Source: Lytechinus pictus
Lineage: Eukaryota
Assembly (NCBI RefSeq): GCF_037042905.1
Contig: NC_087250.1
Location: forward strand, 4,342,001 to 4,406,000
DNA: 64,000 nucleotides
Reading direction: 5' to 3'
Part shown: in pieces, positions 1-12,920 of the stretch
Numbering within the stretch: the stretch's first letter is position 1
Layout: each line of letters begins with the position of its first letter
The notes under the pieces: generated by a model
The model's database searches: none
What the model was told of the DNA's origin: nothing
Seen by the model: only the letters and a program-made list of their open reading frames with translations
Translations under genes and position numbers: made by a program

Positions 1-484
1 TTCTGTAACCTTTAATCATATCTGTTGTTCGTTGTACGGACGGTAGCTAGCCCTTTTCTCTAGAATAAAAATTATATGTTTTAGCAGAAAGATTATACAG
101 TTTATTGCATGTATTCTCGCACATTTACCAGATAGACCGATGAAAATTGTTTTCCAATCATCAATCCTAACTTCCTTTAAATGAAGCTTTTTGATGACCT
201 TCTTCCATAATTGTTTAACCTTTAAACAGTCTAAAAATAAATGTTGGTATGTTTCGACCTGTTGTTTACAAAAAGAACAAAACTGTCTGACTCAAAACCA
301 AATTGGAAGAGCTTTTCTTTTGTATACACTGCCCCATGTAATAGTTTGTACTGAATCTCCCTTTGTTAACTACATATAAAAGCATTTTTCAATCTTGTAA
401 AGGGTTTTTTCAACTCCCCTATTCCAAGATCATATTCACAATGTCCATCATAAACCTTTAATGTGTACTCTTTTTTTGAAATTG
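1..484 (-). mobile_element. 3' part of a decayed L1/Tx1-clade LINE ORF2 (C-terminal CCHC zinc knuckle), cut off from its 5' part (9258-12920) by the Penelope insertion
   Basis: The minus strand reads ...YTKEKLFQFGFESDSFCSFCKQQVETYQHLFLDCLKVKQLW. This is homologous to the C-terminus of ORF 57935-59146 (YTKEQLLKFGYVKDSLCSFCGRETESYIHIFLNCSKVKPLW). Confidence 0.8.
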
Positions 485-559
485 GCAAAAAGAAGCTGCT
501 GAAAACTGCTTATCTAATAAAAGAGAGCCAATGGAGTAAATTTGAAAGTCAAAAAGGGG

Positions 560-598
560 GCCTAAGCTTTCGATCCTAGCAGAATCTTCGTCGGAGGC
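560..598 (-). ncRNA. Minimal type I hammerhead ribozyme motif in the PLE terminal repeat (copy 1)
   Basis: The reverse complement is GCCT-CCGACGA-A-GATTCT-GCT-AGGATC-GAAA-GCTT-AGGC. Stem I is GCCT/AGGC, stem II has 6 bp, the core boxes are CYGANGA and GAAA, and stem III is the palindrome AAGCTT. Confidence 0.72.
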
Positions 599-1535
599 AA
601 AATGACAAACATATAAAGTGGAACAACCATAATATAGACCACAAACAAGCTACAGCAACACTAGAAACAAGGAGACAAAAGGGGCATTAGTGAGTAGAGA
701 AGACCAATCAGGTTAGTGAAGGGGATGAAAGAAAAGGAGTAGGCAGACACAAAGGGAAGTTAGTGTAAGTAAGGCCAGTAAAAGACCTCAAGCCAAGAGG
801 GATTAAAATAATGAGGCAGGCAACATCAAACAGGATCTGGAACAAAACAGTGATAATGGGATGAAAAACAAGAGAATTAGTGAGAGGTGGGTCAAACAGG
901 TTACAAAGAAAGGCTTAATAAACTAGTTCATGGGAGTGGGGGAAAAAAAGGGAAGAAAAAGAATGGGGAACAACTGATAATGTGCAAAAGACATATAAGT
1001 ATATATGATAAAGCATTAAACAAACTAAGAGAAGAAGGTAAGTGTAAATATGTATCTATAAGTGATATGTATATAAATATATCCAAAAAAGAAATGTATA
1101 TGAAAAAATATATAAATACACATATGGTGTAACTGATATTGTAATCCGCTAGGTGTGACGGGGAAAAAACATAAGACAATATAGTAGGGGAAAAAAAAAA
1201 AAAAAAAACCTGTATATGTGAAAAAGAGGAAGCAAATTGCCTAAAAAGGTAAAAGCAAATATAGAAGAGAGGGGGTGTATTATGAAGAAACCATAGTATA
1301 CATGTAAATAAGCAAATGTGGTAAATCTAAAAGAGGTGAGTGGAGAAAAAACAAATATATATATATATATATATGATAATTATTATATCGCCTGAATAAG
1401 GAAGGAAAAATTGGAGCTGAGCTTGTATGAGATATGGGAGGAAAGTATAGTAAGAAACTATAATGTAACTATTCAAAAGAGCTGAGGGGAAAAATTATGT
1501 GTATATATAAATTGAAAGTGGATAGGAAAGAAAAA

Positions 1536-4203
1536 TCAGTCGTTCCCCTCTTGGATGTTCAGGCCATGAGGTTGGGTGGTGCGAAGTCGTCTCATCCAGA
1601 GCTTCTCCCTGCTAGTACGGACTGAGTCAGGACGGGTACCTAAAGATTCGATGCCCTGTAGCATCATGTCAGTGATGGAGTGGTTGGGGAGGTTAAAATG
1701 GCGGCCAACTGGAGTGTCCAGCTTTGCTGTGTTGACGGTGGATCTGTGCCCGTAGAATCGTTTCTTGAGTGTGGTCTTGGTTTCCCCTATGTATTGTACC
1801 CTACAAACTCTGCAAGTGATGAGATATACAACATTAGTGGTAGTGCATGTGATGTTGCCCTTGATTTGGTGAGACAGGCTGGTAGAGTTGCTGGTGAAAG
1901 TATCGCCCTCGTGAAGGTGTATTTCACATATGATGCACCTGTTGCTGGTGCATTTGAAGGTGCCATGCTGTATGGGAGAAGAATGGTTAGTTAGGGAGGG
2001 CACTTCAGCACGAACAATGAGGTCCCTGAGATTCGGTGGGCGTCGGTATGCTAGAAGGGGAGTATCGGGAACGGCCTGTTGGAGACGATCAGAAGTGTGT
2101 GAAATGTGGTGGTTATCAAACAGGATTTTGCGGAGAGGGGGTAGATTGGGATGGAAGGTGGTCACAAGCGGTATTCTGTCGGTGGTCTCCTTGTCACTTT
2201 TTGGTTTGAGAACTTCAGATCTGAGGAGAGAACGAACTTTGTTAATTGCCAGTTGGACTGCCCTGGCCCCGTGGCCCCTGGCACAGAGATGTTTCTGCAA
2301 ATTCCTGGCATGGAAGGAAAAATCAGGGTCCTCGGAGCGGATACGGCGAAGTCTGAGGGCTTGACTGTAAGCGATGCCGGTTTTGCAGTGACGGGGGTGG
2401 CAGCTGGATGAGTGGAGGTACTGGTGGGTATCTGTGGGTTTAGAGTATAGGGTAGTGGTGATACCATTAGACTTTTTCTGGACTGTAACATCAAGGAAGT
2501 GGGTTTGCTGTTGGGAGAAATCAGAAGTGAATTTGATGGTCCTGTGGAAGGAATTGATGTGGTCAATGAAAGTATGGAGGCTGTCTTCATCCCTGGTCCA
2601 GATGAAGAAAATGTCGTCTATGTAACGCCACCAAATCCATGGGCGACAGGGGGCTGAATCTAACATCTGCTGTTCCAGCTTCGTCATGAAGAGACAGGCG
2701 AATGAAGGAGCCATCCGGGTGCCCATTGCTGTACCGAATATCTGTAGGTAGTGCTTGCCCATGAATGTGAAGTTGTTTTTTGTTAGTACATGAGACATCG
2801 GAGATTTTATATTGGATATGGGGGGACTGGAATGGCCACTGGCGGCCAAGGCTTCACATGATGCTTGGATACCTTCGTCGTGGGGAATGCTGGTGTACAG
2901 TGAAGAAACATCGAAAGTGCCGATGATCGCAGTCTCGGGTATCTGGTCATTGATGTCATTTAGTTTCCTGAGAAAGTCTGGAGTGTCGTGGATGTAAGAG
3001 GGTGCACGTGAGACAAGGGGCTTAATGTGGTAATCAACAAAAAGGGAGATGTTCTCTGTTGAGGAACCATTTCCTGAGAGGATGGGTCGACCGGGGTTGC
3101 CAGGTTTGTGGATCTTCGGGAGGAGATAGAAGCGGGCAGGTTTAGCATTAGTAGGGGAGAGAAATTTGTGGGCCTTCTCAGAGAGATGCTCGTGTTCTTT
3201 CATGTCATTCAGTGTCGATTGGATCTGTAGGGAGAAATTACAAGTAGGGTCAGAATCGAGGAGTGCATAGTGAGATCGATTATTGAGATGTTTCATGGCT
3301 TCATCGATGTACTGCTGGCGGTCCATAACAACGACGGCTGATCCTTTGTCTGCAGGCTTGATGATGATGTCGGACCTGTTTTTGAGTGATGAGAGAGCCT
3401 GGCGTTCTTCTCGAGGAAGGTTGTCATGTGCTCTGGTGTCGAGGGTATCTGTGGAGCGAACTTGGGATGAGACAGCTTGGATGTAAGTTTCAAGGGAAGG
3501 AACTCTATTCTTAGGTGGAATCCATGTGCTTTTCTTGTAGAAGGGCTCGGGATCAGAAGGGGTTGCATCTAAAAAGAACTCTTTGAGACGTATCCTGCGA
3601 TAGAATGTAGAGAGGTCTTGGCTGAGAGCTATCTGTTCAACTTCTGGTGGCGTGGGGCAAAACTTGAGACCTTTAGAGAGAAGAGAGGTTTCTGCTTGGT
3701 AGAGAGGGGAGGATGAGAGATTAACAACCAAATGGGGGGATACATCATTGTTGTTGGTATGTCGTCTAAATCTGTTTGACCGTTGTCGCTTCTTTGTGAG
3801 GTTGCCTATTTTCTTGTTCCTGCGTTCAGTGAGGAGAGACCTGTGTTTAGAGAGATCAGATTCAATTTCATCATTATACTGAAGCCATTGGGTTTGGGTA
3901 CAGCAAGAACGTAGCTCGTCTTCCAAGCTACTGATGTCAGCTGTAAAAGAATCAAAAGAAGCAATACACTGTTCAGAGAGGATGTTAATTAATCGAACTG
4001 AAGCTCCATGTAAGGTCTGGTTCCATCGTTTGCGAAGTTCAGGTGTGAGCGTACCGAGACCGGGAGTGCAATGAAGTTGGAGGCCTGTGGGTATAATGCG
4101 ATTGAGGGAATAAAATCTGTAATTGTCCTGGTGAAAAGAGGTCTTGAGGGCCTTCAGCTTGATCTTCCTGAGCTGTTGAAATAAAGATAGATGGTTAGTC
4201 ATG
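1536..4203 (-). CDS. Penelope-like retroelement polyprotein: RT plus C-terminal GIY-YIG endonuclease, with a Neptune-type Cys-rich linker
   Basis: The frame is open from 4337 and the first ATG is at 4203. Motifs: LLSKGLKFCP, IIKPADKG, FYLLPKIHK, FDVSSLYT, GTAMG, WRYIDDIF, FLDV, linker CTSNRCIIC, and NVVYLITCRVC...QYIGET...RFYGH. Confidence 0.93.
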
Positions 4204-4211
4204 GTAGAATA

Positions 4212-4518
4212 GAGACCTAGAATAAAAAAAGTGTAAAACAAAGAAAATGGATATTCATAACAAATCAAAATATAAAGAAGGAGAAAAGTCGAGTAGATTT
4301 GAACTGGACCTAAAACAGAATGATAATAAGAATACACAAAGTTAATTAAATCAAGCTGAAAGAGACCTAGAATAAAAAAATATAAAAGGTGTAAAACAAA
4401 GAAAATGGAAATTCAAAACAAATCAAATATAAAGAATGAGAAAAGTCGAGTAGATTTGAACTGGACCTAAAACAGAATGATGATAAGAAAACACAAAGTT
4501 AATTAAATCAAGCTGAAA
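4212..4518. repeat. ~150-bp tandem duplication in the PLE 5' leader
   Basis: gagacctagaataaaaaaa...aatcaagctgaaa occurs twice, at ~4212-4361 and ~4362-4518. Confidence 0.85.
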
Positions 4519-4788
4519 AGTAAAATCGACCAGACAAAGATACCAGAAAAAAACAAAAAACAAAGTTATGCAAGTTTAACTATATGGAAGGAAAGTAAAC
4601 AAGAAAACACTAAAATACAAATACAGTAAATCAAACATATATGGATAAAACAAGACAAATTAGATAAGGAGGATCACATGGGAGTGATGCAACAGCAGAA
4701 TAGGAGATCAATGGCAAAAAGAAGCTGCTGAAAACTGCTTATCTAATAATAAAGAGCCAATGGAGTAAATTTGAAAGTCAAAAAGGGG

Positions 4789-4827
4789 GCCTAAGCTTTC
4801 GATCCTAGCAGAATCTTCGTCGGAGGC
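4789..4827 (-). ncRNA. Minimal hammerhead ribozyme motif (copy 2)
   Basis: Identical to 560-598. Confidence 0.72.
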
Positions 4828-6290
4828 AAAATGACAAACATATAAAGTGGAACAACCATAATATAGACCACAAACAAGCTACAGCAACACTAGAAACAAG
4901 GAGACAAAAGGGGCATTAGTGAGTAGAGAAGACCAATCAGGTTAGTGAAGGGGATGAAAGAAAAGGAGTAGGCAGACACAAAGGGAAGTTAGTGTAAGTA
5001 AGGCCAGTAAAAGACCTCAAGCCAAGAGGGATTAAAATAATGAGGCAGGCAACATCAAACAGGATCTGGAACAAAACAGTGATAATGGGATGAAAAACAA
5101 GAGAATTAGTGAGAGGTGGGTCAAACAGGTTACAAAGAAAGGCTTAATAAACTAGTTCATGGGAGTGGGGGAAAAAAGGGAAGAAAAAGAATGGGGAACA
5201 ACTGATAATGTGCAAAAGACATATAAGTATATATGATAAAGCATTAAACAAACTAAGAGAAGAAGGTAAGTGTAAATATGTATCTATAAGTGATATGTAT
5301 ATAAATATATCCAAAAAAGAAATGTATATGAAAAAATATATAAATACACATATGGTGTAACTGATATTGTAATCCGCTAGGTGTGACGGGGAAAAAACAT
5401 AAGACAATATAGTAGGGGAAAAAAAAAAAAAAACCTGTATATGTGAAAAAGAGGAAGCAAATTGCCTAAAAAGGTAAAAGCAAATATAGAAGAGAGGGGG
5501 TGTATTATGAAGAAACCATAGTATACATGAAAATAAGCAAATGTGGTAAATCTAAAAGAGGTGAGTGGAGAAAAAACAAATATATATATATATATATATA
5601 TGATAATTATTATATCGCCTGAATAAGGAAGGAAAAATTGGAGCTGAGCTTGTATGAGATATGGGAGGAAAGTATAGTAAGAAACTATAATGTAACTATT
5701 CAAAAGAGCTGAGGGGAAAAATTATGTGTATATATAAATTGAAAGTGGATAGGAAAGAAAAATCAGTCGTTCCCCTCTTGGATGTTCAGGCCATGAGGTT
5801 GGGTGGTGCGAAGTCGTCTCATCCAGAGCTTCTCCCTGCTAGTACGGACTGAGTCAGGACGGGTACCTAAAGATTCGATGCCCTGTAGCATCATGTCGTT
5901 TCTTGAGTGTGGTCTTGGTTTCCCCTATGTATTGTACCCTACAAACTCTGCAAGTGATGAGATATACAACATTAGTGGTAGTGCATGTGATGTTGCCCTT
6001 GATTTGGTGAGACAGGCTGGTAGAGTTGCTGGTGAAAGTATCGCCCTCGTGAAGGTGTATTTCACATATGATGCACCTGTTGCTGGTGCATTTGAAGGTG
6101 CCATGCTGTATGGGAGAAGAATGGCTAGTTAGGGAGGGCACTTCAGCACGAACAATGAGGTCCCTGAGATTCGGTGGGCGTCGGTATGCTAGAAGGGGAG
6201 TATCGGGAACGGCCTGTTGGAGACGATCAGAAGTGTGTAAAATGTGGTGGTTATCAAACAGGATTTTGCGGAGAGGGGGTAGAGGGGGAA

Positions 6291-8261
6291 AGAGCTCCTT
6301 CCCTTGAAACTTACATCCAAGCTGTCTCATCCCAAGTTCGCTCCACAGATACCCTCGACACCAGAGCACATGACAACCTTCCTCGAGAAGAACGCCAGGC
6401 TCTCTCATCCCTCAAAAACAGGTCCGACATCATCATCAAGCCTGCAGACAAAGGATCAGCCGTCGTTGTTATGGACCGCCAGCAGTACATTGATGAAGCC
6501 ATGAAACATCTCAATAATCGATCTCACTATGCACTCCTCGATTCTGACCCTATTTGTAATTTCTCCCTACAGATCCAATCGACACTGAATGACATGAAAG
6601 AACACGAGCATCTCTCTGAGAAGGCCCACAAATTTATCTCCCCTACTAATGCTAAACCTGCCCGCTTCTATCTCCTCCCGAAGATCCACAAACCTGGCAA
6701 CCCCGGTCGACCCATCCTCTCAGGAAATGGTTCCTCAACAGAGAACATCTCCCTTTTTGTTGATTACCACATTAAGCCCCTTGTCTCACGTGCACCCTCT
6801 TACATCCACGACACTCCAGACTTTCTCAGGAAACTAAATGACATCAAGGACCAGATACCCGAGACTGCGATCATCGGCACTTTCGATGTTTCTTCACTGT
6901 ACACCAGCATTCCCCACGACGAAGGTATCCAAGCATCATGTGAAGCCTTGGCCGCCAGTGGCCATTCCAGTCCCCCCATATCCAATATAAAATCTCTGAT
7001 GTCTCATGTACTAACAAAAAACAACTTCACATTCATGGGCAAGCACTACCTACAGATATTCGGTACAGCAATGGGCACCCGGATGGCTCCTTCATTCGCC
7101 TGTCTCTTCATGACGAAGCTGGAACAGCAGATGTTAGATTCAGCCCCCTGTCGCCCATGGATTTGGTGGCGTTACATAGACGACATTTTCTTCATCTGGA
7201 CCAGGGATGAAGACAGCCTCCATACTTTCATTGACCACATCAATTCCTTCCACAGGACCATCAAATTCACTTCTGATTTCTCCCAACAGCAAAACCACTT
7301 CCTTGATGTTACAGTCCAGAAAAAGTCTAATGGTATCACCACTACCCTATACTCTAAACCCACATATACCCACCAGTACCTCCACTCATCCAGCTGCCAC
7401 CCCCGTCACTGCAAAACCGGCATCGCTTACAGTCAAGCCCTCAGACTTCGCCGTATCTGCTCCGAGGACCCTGATTTTTCCTTCCATGCCAGGAATTTGC
7501 AGAAACATCTCTGTGCCAGGGGCCACGGGGCCAGGGCAGTCCAACTGGCAATTAACAAAGTTCGTTCTCTCCCCAGATCTGAAGTTCTCAAACCAAAAAG
7601 TGACAAGGAGACCACCGACAGAATACCGCTTGTGACCACCTTCCATCCCAATCTACCCCCTCTCCGCAAAATCCTGTTTGATAACCACCACATTTTACAC
7701 ACTTCTGATCGTCTCCAACAGGCCGTTCCCGATACTTCCCTTCTAGCATACCGACGCCCACCGAATCTCAGGGACCTCATTGTTCGTGCTGAAGTGCCCT
7801 CCCTAACTAACCATTCTTCTCCCATACAGCATGGCACCTTCAAATGCACCAGCAACAGGTGCATCATATGTGAAATATACCTTCACGAGGGCGATACTTT
7901 CACCAGCAACTCTACCAGCCCGTCTCACCAAATCAAGGGCAACATCACATGCACTACCACTAATGTTGTATATCTCATCACTTGCAGAGTTTGTAGGGTA
8001 CAATACATAGGGGAAACCAAGACCACACTCAAGAAACGATTCTACGGGCACAGATCCACCGTCAACACAGCAAAGCTGGACACTCCAGTTGGCCGCCATT
8101 TTAACCTCCCCAACCACTCCATCACTGACATGATGCTACAGGGCATCGAATCTTTAGGTACCCGTCCTGACTCAGTCCGTACTAGCAGGGAGAAGCTCTG
8201 GATGAGACGACTTCGCACCACCCAACCTCATGGCCTGAACATCCAAGAGGGGAACGACTGA
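6291..8261 (+). pseudogene. 5'-truncated inverted copy of the Penelope ORF (RT and GIY-YIG still in frame, no native start)
   Basis: Near-identical to 1536-3510 from PSLETYIQ onwards. Confidence 0.88.
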
Positions 8262-9199
8262 TTTTTCTTTCCTATCCACTTTCAATTTATATATACACAT
8301 AATTTTTCCCCTCAGCTCTTTTGAATAGTTACATTATAGTTTCTTACTATACTTTCCTCCCATATCTCATACAAGCTCAGCTCCAATTTTTCCTTCCTTA
8401 TTCAGGCGATATAATAATTATCATATATATATATATATATATATTTGTTTTTTCTCCACTCACCTCTTTTAGATTTACCACATTTGCTTATTTACATGTA
8501 TACTATGGTTTCTTCATAATACACCCCCTCTCTTCTATATTTGCTTTTACCTTTTTAGGCAATTTGCTTCCTCTTTTTCACATATACAGGTTTTTTTTCT
8601 TTTTTTTCCCCTACTATATTGTCTTATGTTTTTTCCCCGTCACACCTAGCGGATTACAATATCAGTTACACCATATGTGTATTTATATATTTTTTCATAT
8701 ACATTTCTTTTTTGGATATATTTATATACATATCACTTATAGATACATATTTACACTTACCTTCTTCTCTTAGTTTGTTTAATGCTTTATCATATATACT
8801 TATATGTCTTTTGCACATTATCAGTTGTTCCCCATTCTTTTTCTTCCCTTTTTTTTCCCCACTCCCATGAACTAGTTTATTAAGCCTTTCTTTGTAACCT
8901 GTTTGACCCACCTCTCACTAATTCTCTTGTTTTTCATCCCATTATCACTGTTTTGTTCCAGATCCTGTTTGATGTTGCCTGCCTCATTATTTTAATCCCT
9001 CTTGGCTTGAGGTCTTTTACTGGCCTTACTTACACTAACTTCCCTTTGTGTCTGCCTACTCCTTTTCTTTCATCCCCTTCACTAACCTGATTGGTCTTCT
9101 CTACTCACTAATGCCCCTTTTGTCTCCTTGTTTCTAGTGTTGCTGTAGCTTGTTTGTGGTCTATATTATGGTTGTTCCACTTTATATGTTTGTCATTTT

Positions 9200-9238
9200 G
9201 CCTCCGACGAAGATTCTGCTAGGATCGAAAGCTTAGGC
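9200..9238 (+). ncRNA. Minimal hammerhead ribozyme motif (copy 3)
   Basis: gcctccgacgaagattctgctaggatcgaaagcttaggc read directly on +. Confidence 0.72.
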
Positions 9239-9257
9239 CCCCTTTTTGACTTTCAAA

Positions 9258-12200
9258 TTTTTTTGAAATTGCTCAATAAGGTAATTATATACATATCTGA
9301 CTTTTAAATCCATAAATTTATGTAGGTAACCAAAGATCTTCAATTCTATTTGAAAATTTTCACTATCTATAACTATGAAATCACTTTATCTCCATTCTTT
9401 TTTAATCACAGAAACAATTCTTTGAATCATCAGCAGTGTAACCCCGGTTATGGAAGTATGAGACTGGTCTTAGTTGACCTCCTTCAATAATATCTGATGC
9501 TTGATCATAAAGTTAAATTTGGTATTATAAAGCTTCATGTTTAGAAAAATATCATATGAACAATGTGTATTATGAGTTATTGTTTACAAATTATAAATGT
9601 GTATTATGAGGTACTAAAAAAAAAAATAAAAAAAAAATATCTGATGCTTGAAATATCCCTTTCTAAAAGAGTTCTACATTAAAAAAAGATTTATTATGAA
9701 GACATATAAATTTGTTATTAAAAAACCAGGATTGATCTTGTTTTTCTCAAAGTTTCTACATTGATCGAACTCTTGCCATGCTTTCAACATATCCTTATAA
9801 AATATTGGTATACCTTGTAAGTCCATTTTATTTGCATCATAATTACAAAGAAATATAATCCGGCCTCCCAATGATGATTTAAAAAAGTAGTCAAAGGTTA
9901 CTTTCCAACCTAAATATTTCTCACCGTACAGCAGCCTTTTAATCCACATAATTCTCTGAGTTTTAACGAAAACTTCAAAATTAGTTGCTTTGAGTCCCCT
10001 TGCACAATAATCTTGATATAGAATTTTCCGTTTTATTCTGTCATTTCCACCTCAAATGAAATTAAAAAAAATCTTTTCAATTTCTTAAAAAATATTTTGA
10101 GGAACTGAAATAAGAGAAGAAACATAATTTAATTTTGAAAATACATGCATTTTTAACAATCTAATTTTACCAAACATTGTCAGATCTCGTTGCCTCAACC
10201 ATCCAATTAATCTTTTGATTTTACTCAAAATTTCATTATAATTTAAGTCATCTTTTATTTTGGAGTCTCGTGAAAAATATACCCCTAAACTTTGTATATA
10301 TTGCATTCTGTGTCCAAACCGAGGTAAAACCGGCCTATCACATTCTTCCCCAAACCACATAAAATTTGTTTTATCCATGTTTATTTTTAAACCACGCAAT
10401 TTCTCAAACTCTCCGAAGACTTTCTTCACCCTATTAACTTAGTACATGTCTTTTAGAAACAATGTACAATCATCTGCGTACAATACTTGTTTTATTTTTC
10501 TTTCACCAAACCCAATCCCTTCAATACCCGGATCATTTCGAATAAAATTAGCAAGTAATTCAATATATATAATAAATGAATAGGGAGAGATGGGATCTGC
10601 TTGTCTTACTCCTCTTTTAAGCAAAATAGCTGAGTGTCCCCCATTCATCACACAGCTACTAACATCATTATAAAGAATTCTAACCCAAGAGCACAATACA
10701 TTACCAAATCCAAAAGATTCAAATGCTTTAAATAGAAGTCTATGTGATATACAATCAAATGCTTTTTCGAAATCTACAGCAATTTCAAATCCTACTGGCT
10801 GATATAAGGATTAAAAGAATACATCGTCTATTAGCCTCACTGCCTCTCCAATATTCCTATCTTTAACATACCCTACTTGGTCATAATGAATAATGTCCCT
10901 TAGTACCTCTTTTACCCTTTTAGCTAAAACTTTTGACAATATTTTGTAGTCTACATTAAGAAGTGTTATTGGTCTGTAGTTTTTCATATACAAATGATCT
11001 TTTCCATCCTTTTCAATGAGGGTAATTACTCCCTGTCTCTGCGAGTTTGATAACATCTCTGTATCAAAGCTTTCATTAAATGCTTCAACAATAAATTTCC
11101 CTAAAATTGGCCAAAACGTAAAATAGAATTCATATGTAAAACCATAATTGCCTGGTGACTTATTCCATTTCATTTCCTTTACCGCTTGATAGCATTCTTC
11201 AAATGATATTGGCCTTCACAAAAATCCTTATTTTCTTCACTCAACAATTCATTAAAAAAACATGTTGTCAATATCTTCTGCAATATCACTATTTTTGCAT
11301 TCATATAAATTCGCATAAAACTTCCTAATAGTGGTTAAAATATTTTTGTCATCACACAAAATTTCACCGTTTTCACTGTATATCTCCTTAATCACGCTTT
11401 TCCTTTTCTTTGATTTCAATATTTGTTTTAAAAAAGCTGAATTCCTTTCACCTTCTTCGGACTATTCCACCCTCGATCTCACTTTTAATCCTTGACGAGA
11501 GTAATCGAAGAGCTGCTCTAATTCACTTTTTTTCGATTCCATTTCATTTTGAATTACATTGTGAAAATTAGTAACCAAATGATGTTCTGAATCTTTAATA
11601 TCCTATTCTAATTTTTTAACCTTTGCTTTTCTAATTGCTGCTTTTTTACGAAAGAATTTCTTAATATATTTTCTGAGTTTCATGTTCATAAAATCCCAAA
11701 ATTTTATTTTACTATTTATTTGGTCTCGCCAGGTTCCCTCTATTTCAGAAACCTCAATTTTTATCCCTTCTACAAATTCTGTATTATTACATAAGCTGCA
11801 ATTGAACTTCCAATATGATTTCCCATAAATAAAACTCTCAACCAAATTGCTAAATTCTACACAGACCCCACGTGATCAGGTGTAATAGAGGGTAAGATGT
11901 CAGATTTTTTTACAAGTTTCTCTTTTTTCAAAGAGATGAAAGTGTAATCTAATCTACTCTGAACAAAAGGCTGTTTCTGTCTAAAAGTATATTCTTTTGT
12001 ATTTGGATGACGCTTACGCCAAACATCAATCAAATCTAGCTTATCAAGAAAATCACCTAATAAATCTTTGTATTTATTTTTTGAAACATTTCTCGCACCC
12101 ATGTAATCTAAGTCATGATCTCTAGTTAAATTGAAATCTCCCCCAATTATAAGAGAGCATTCTTCACTAAATACAGAGGAAATTATTTTGTCCAAATCAG

Positions 12201-12920
12201 AAAGAAAATCACATTGGGCCTTTTCTTTATCTCCTGTTGGAAAATATACACTTCCTAGTATCAACTTTTCACTTTGACATTTACCCTTTATTATAACATA
12301 TATTCCGCGTTTGCCTATTAAAACTTTTTCTATCACAAAATCAACATTTGATTTAAACATGAAAATAGTTCCCCTACTGTGATTACTCCCGTGACTAAAA
12401 TACATCTCCCCTTCCCAATCAGCCTTACAACTATTTTCAATTTTTTGTGTGCTAAATGTTTCCTGTAAAAATACTACATTTCCTGACATTTTGCACCATT
12501 GAAAATTTTTCTTTCTTTTTACATTACCTCTTAGCCCTCTTACATTGACTGTGAGTATTTTTAAATTACCCCTCATCGGTGAAGAGTTGCCACAGTGATA
12601 GGACACGAAATGGTGCATTCCTTACTTCAGAAATAAGAGCTTTTAAATGAAGTAGAAACTAATACAAGTACAGACAGACACAGAAACTTCCCATTACACA
12701 CATAGCACCCCACTCATTCACATCCACACCAGAACTGGAAAACATACCACCCAACATATCACTCCACTTCATCCCAACAAACATAACACATACACTTCTG
12801 CAAACATACTCAAACACACGCCCATAGACTATCCCTCGCACACACAAACACCCCAATACACTCACACAAACACCCCAACACACCCACACCAGCATGATTG
12901 ACATATACTTTAGCATCATC
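9258..12920 (-). mobile_element. Decayed L1/Tx1-clade LINE ORF2 (APE endonuclease + RT), frameshifted
   Basis: Endonuclease fragments TVNVRGL, FLQET, GGDFN, SRLDY, TPDH (11857-12618). RT fragments NYRPITLLNVDYKILSK, RGVRQ and LYADD (10085-11173). The 5' boundary is approximate. Confidence 0.88.
9505..9635 (+). mobile_element. Short poly(A)-tailed retroposed insertion with a 16-bp TSD
   Basis: AATATCTGATGCTTGA at 9489-9504 and 9636-9651, with an A-rich tail at 9616-9637. Confidence 0.75.

Larger units (their letters stand above)
485..9257. mobile_element. Compound Penelope-like element (PLE) insertion: full unit (-, 485-4711), tandem 5'-truncated unit/pLTR (-, 4712-6283), inverted 5'-truncated unit (+, ~6288-9260)
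   Basis: 485-2145 recurs at 4712-6283 as a direct repeat, and ~538-3510 recurs inverted at ~6288-9260. The sequence TTTTTTTGAAATTG is duplicated at 471-484 and 9258-9271. Confidence 0.92.

Noticed and set aside
887..1179. Short ORFs in the Penelope 3' UTR and their copies (5144-5703, 8321-8911), plus shadow ORFs over the RT
   Set aside because: They are low-complexity or antisense frames, repeated only because the element is repeated.
6174..6290. N-terminal extension of the 695-aa ORF
   Set aside because: It is antisense sequence of the neighbouring Penelope unit read through the inversion junction from a GTG, so the fusion is accidental.
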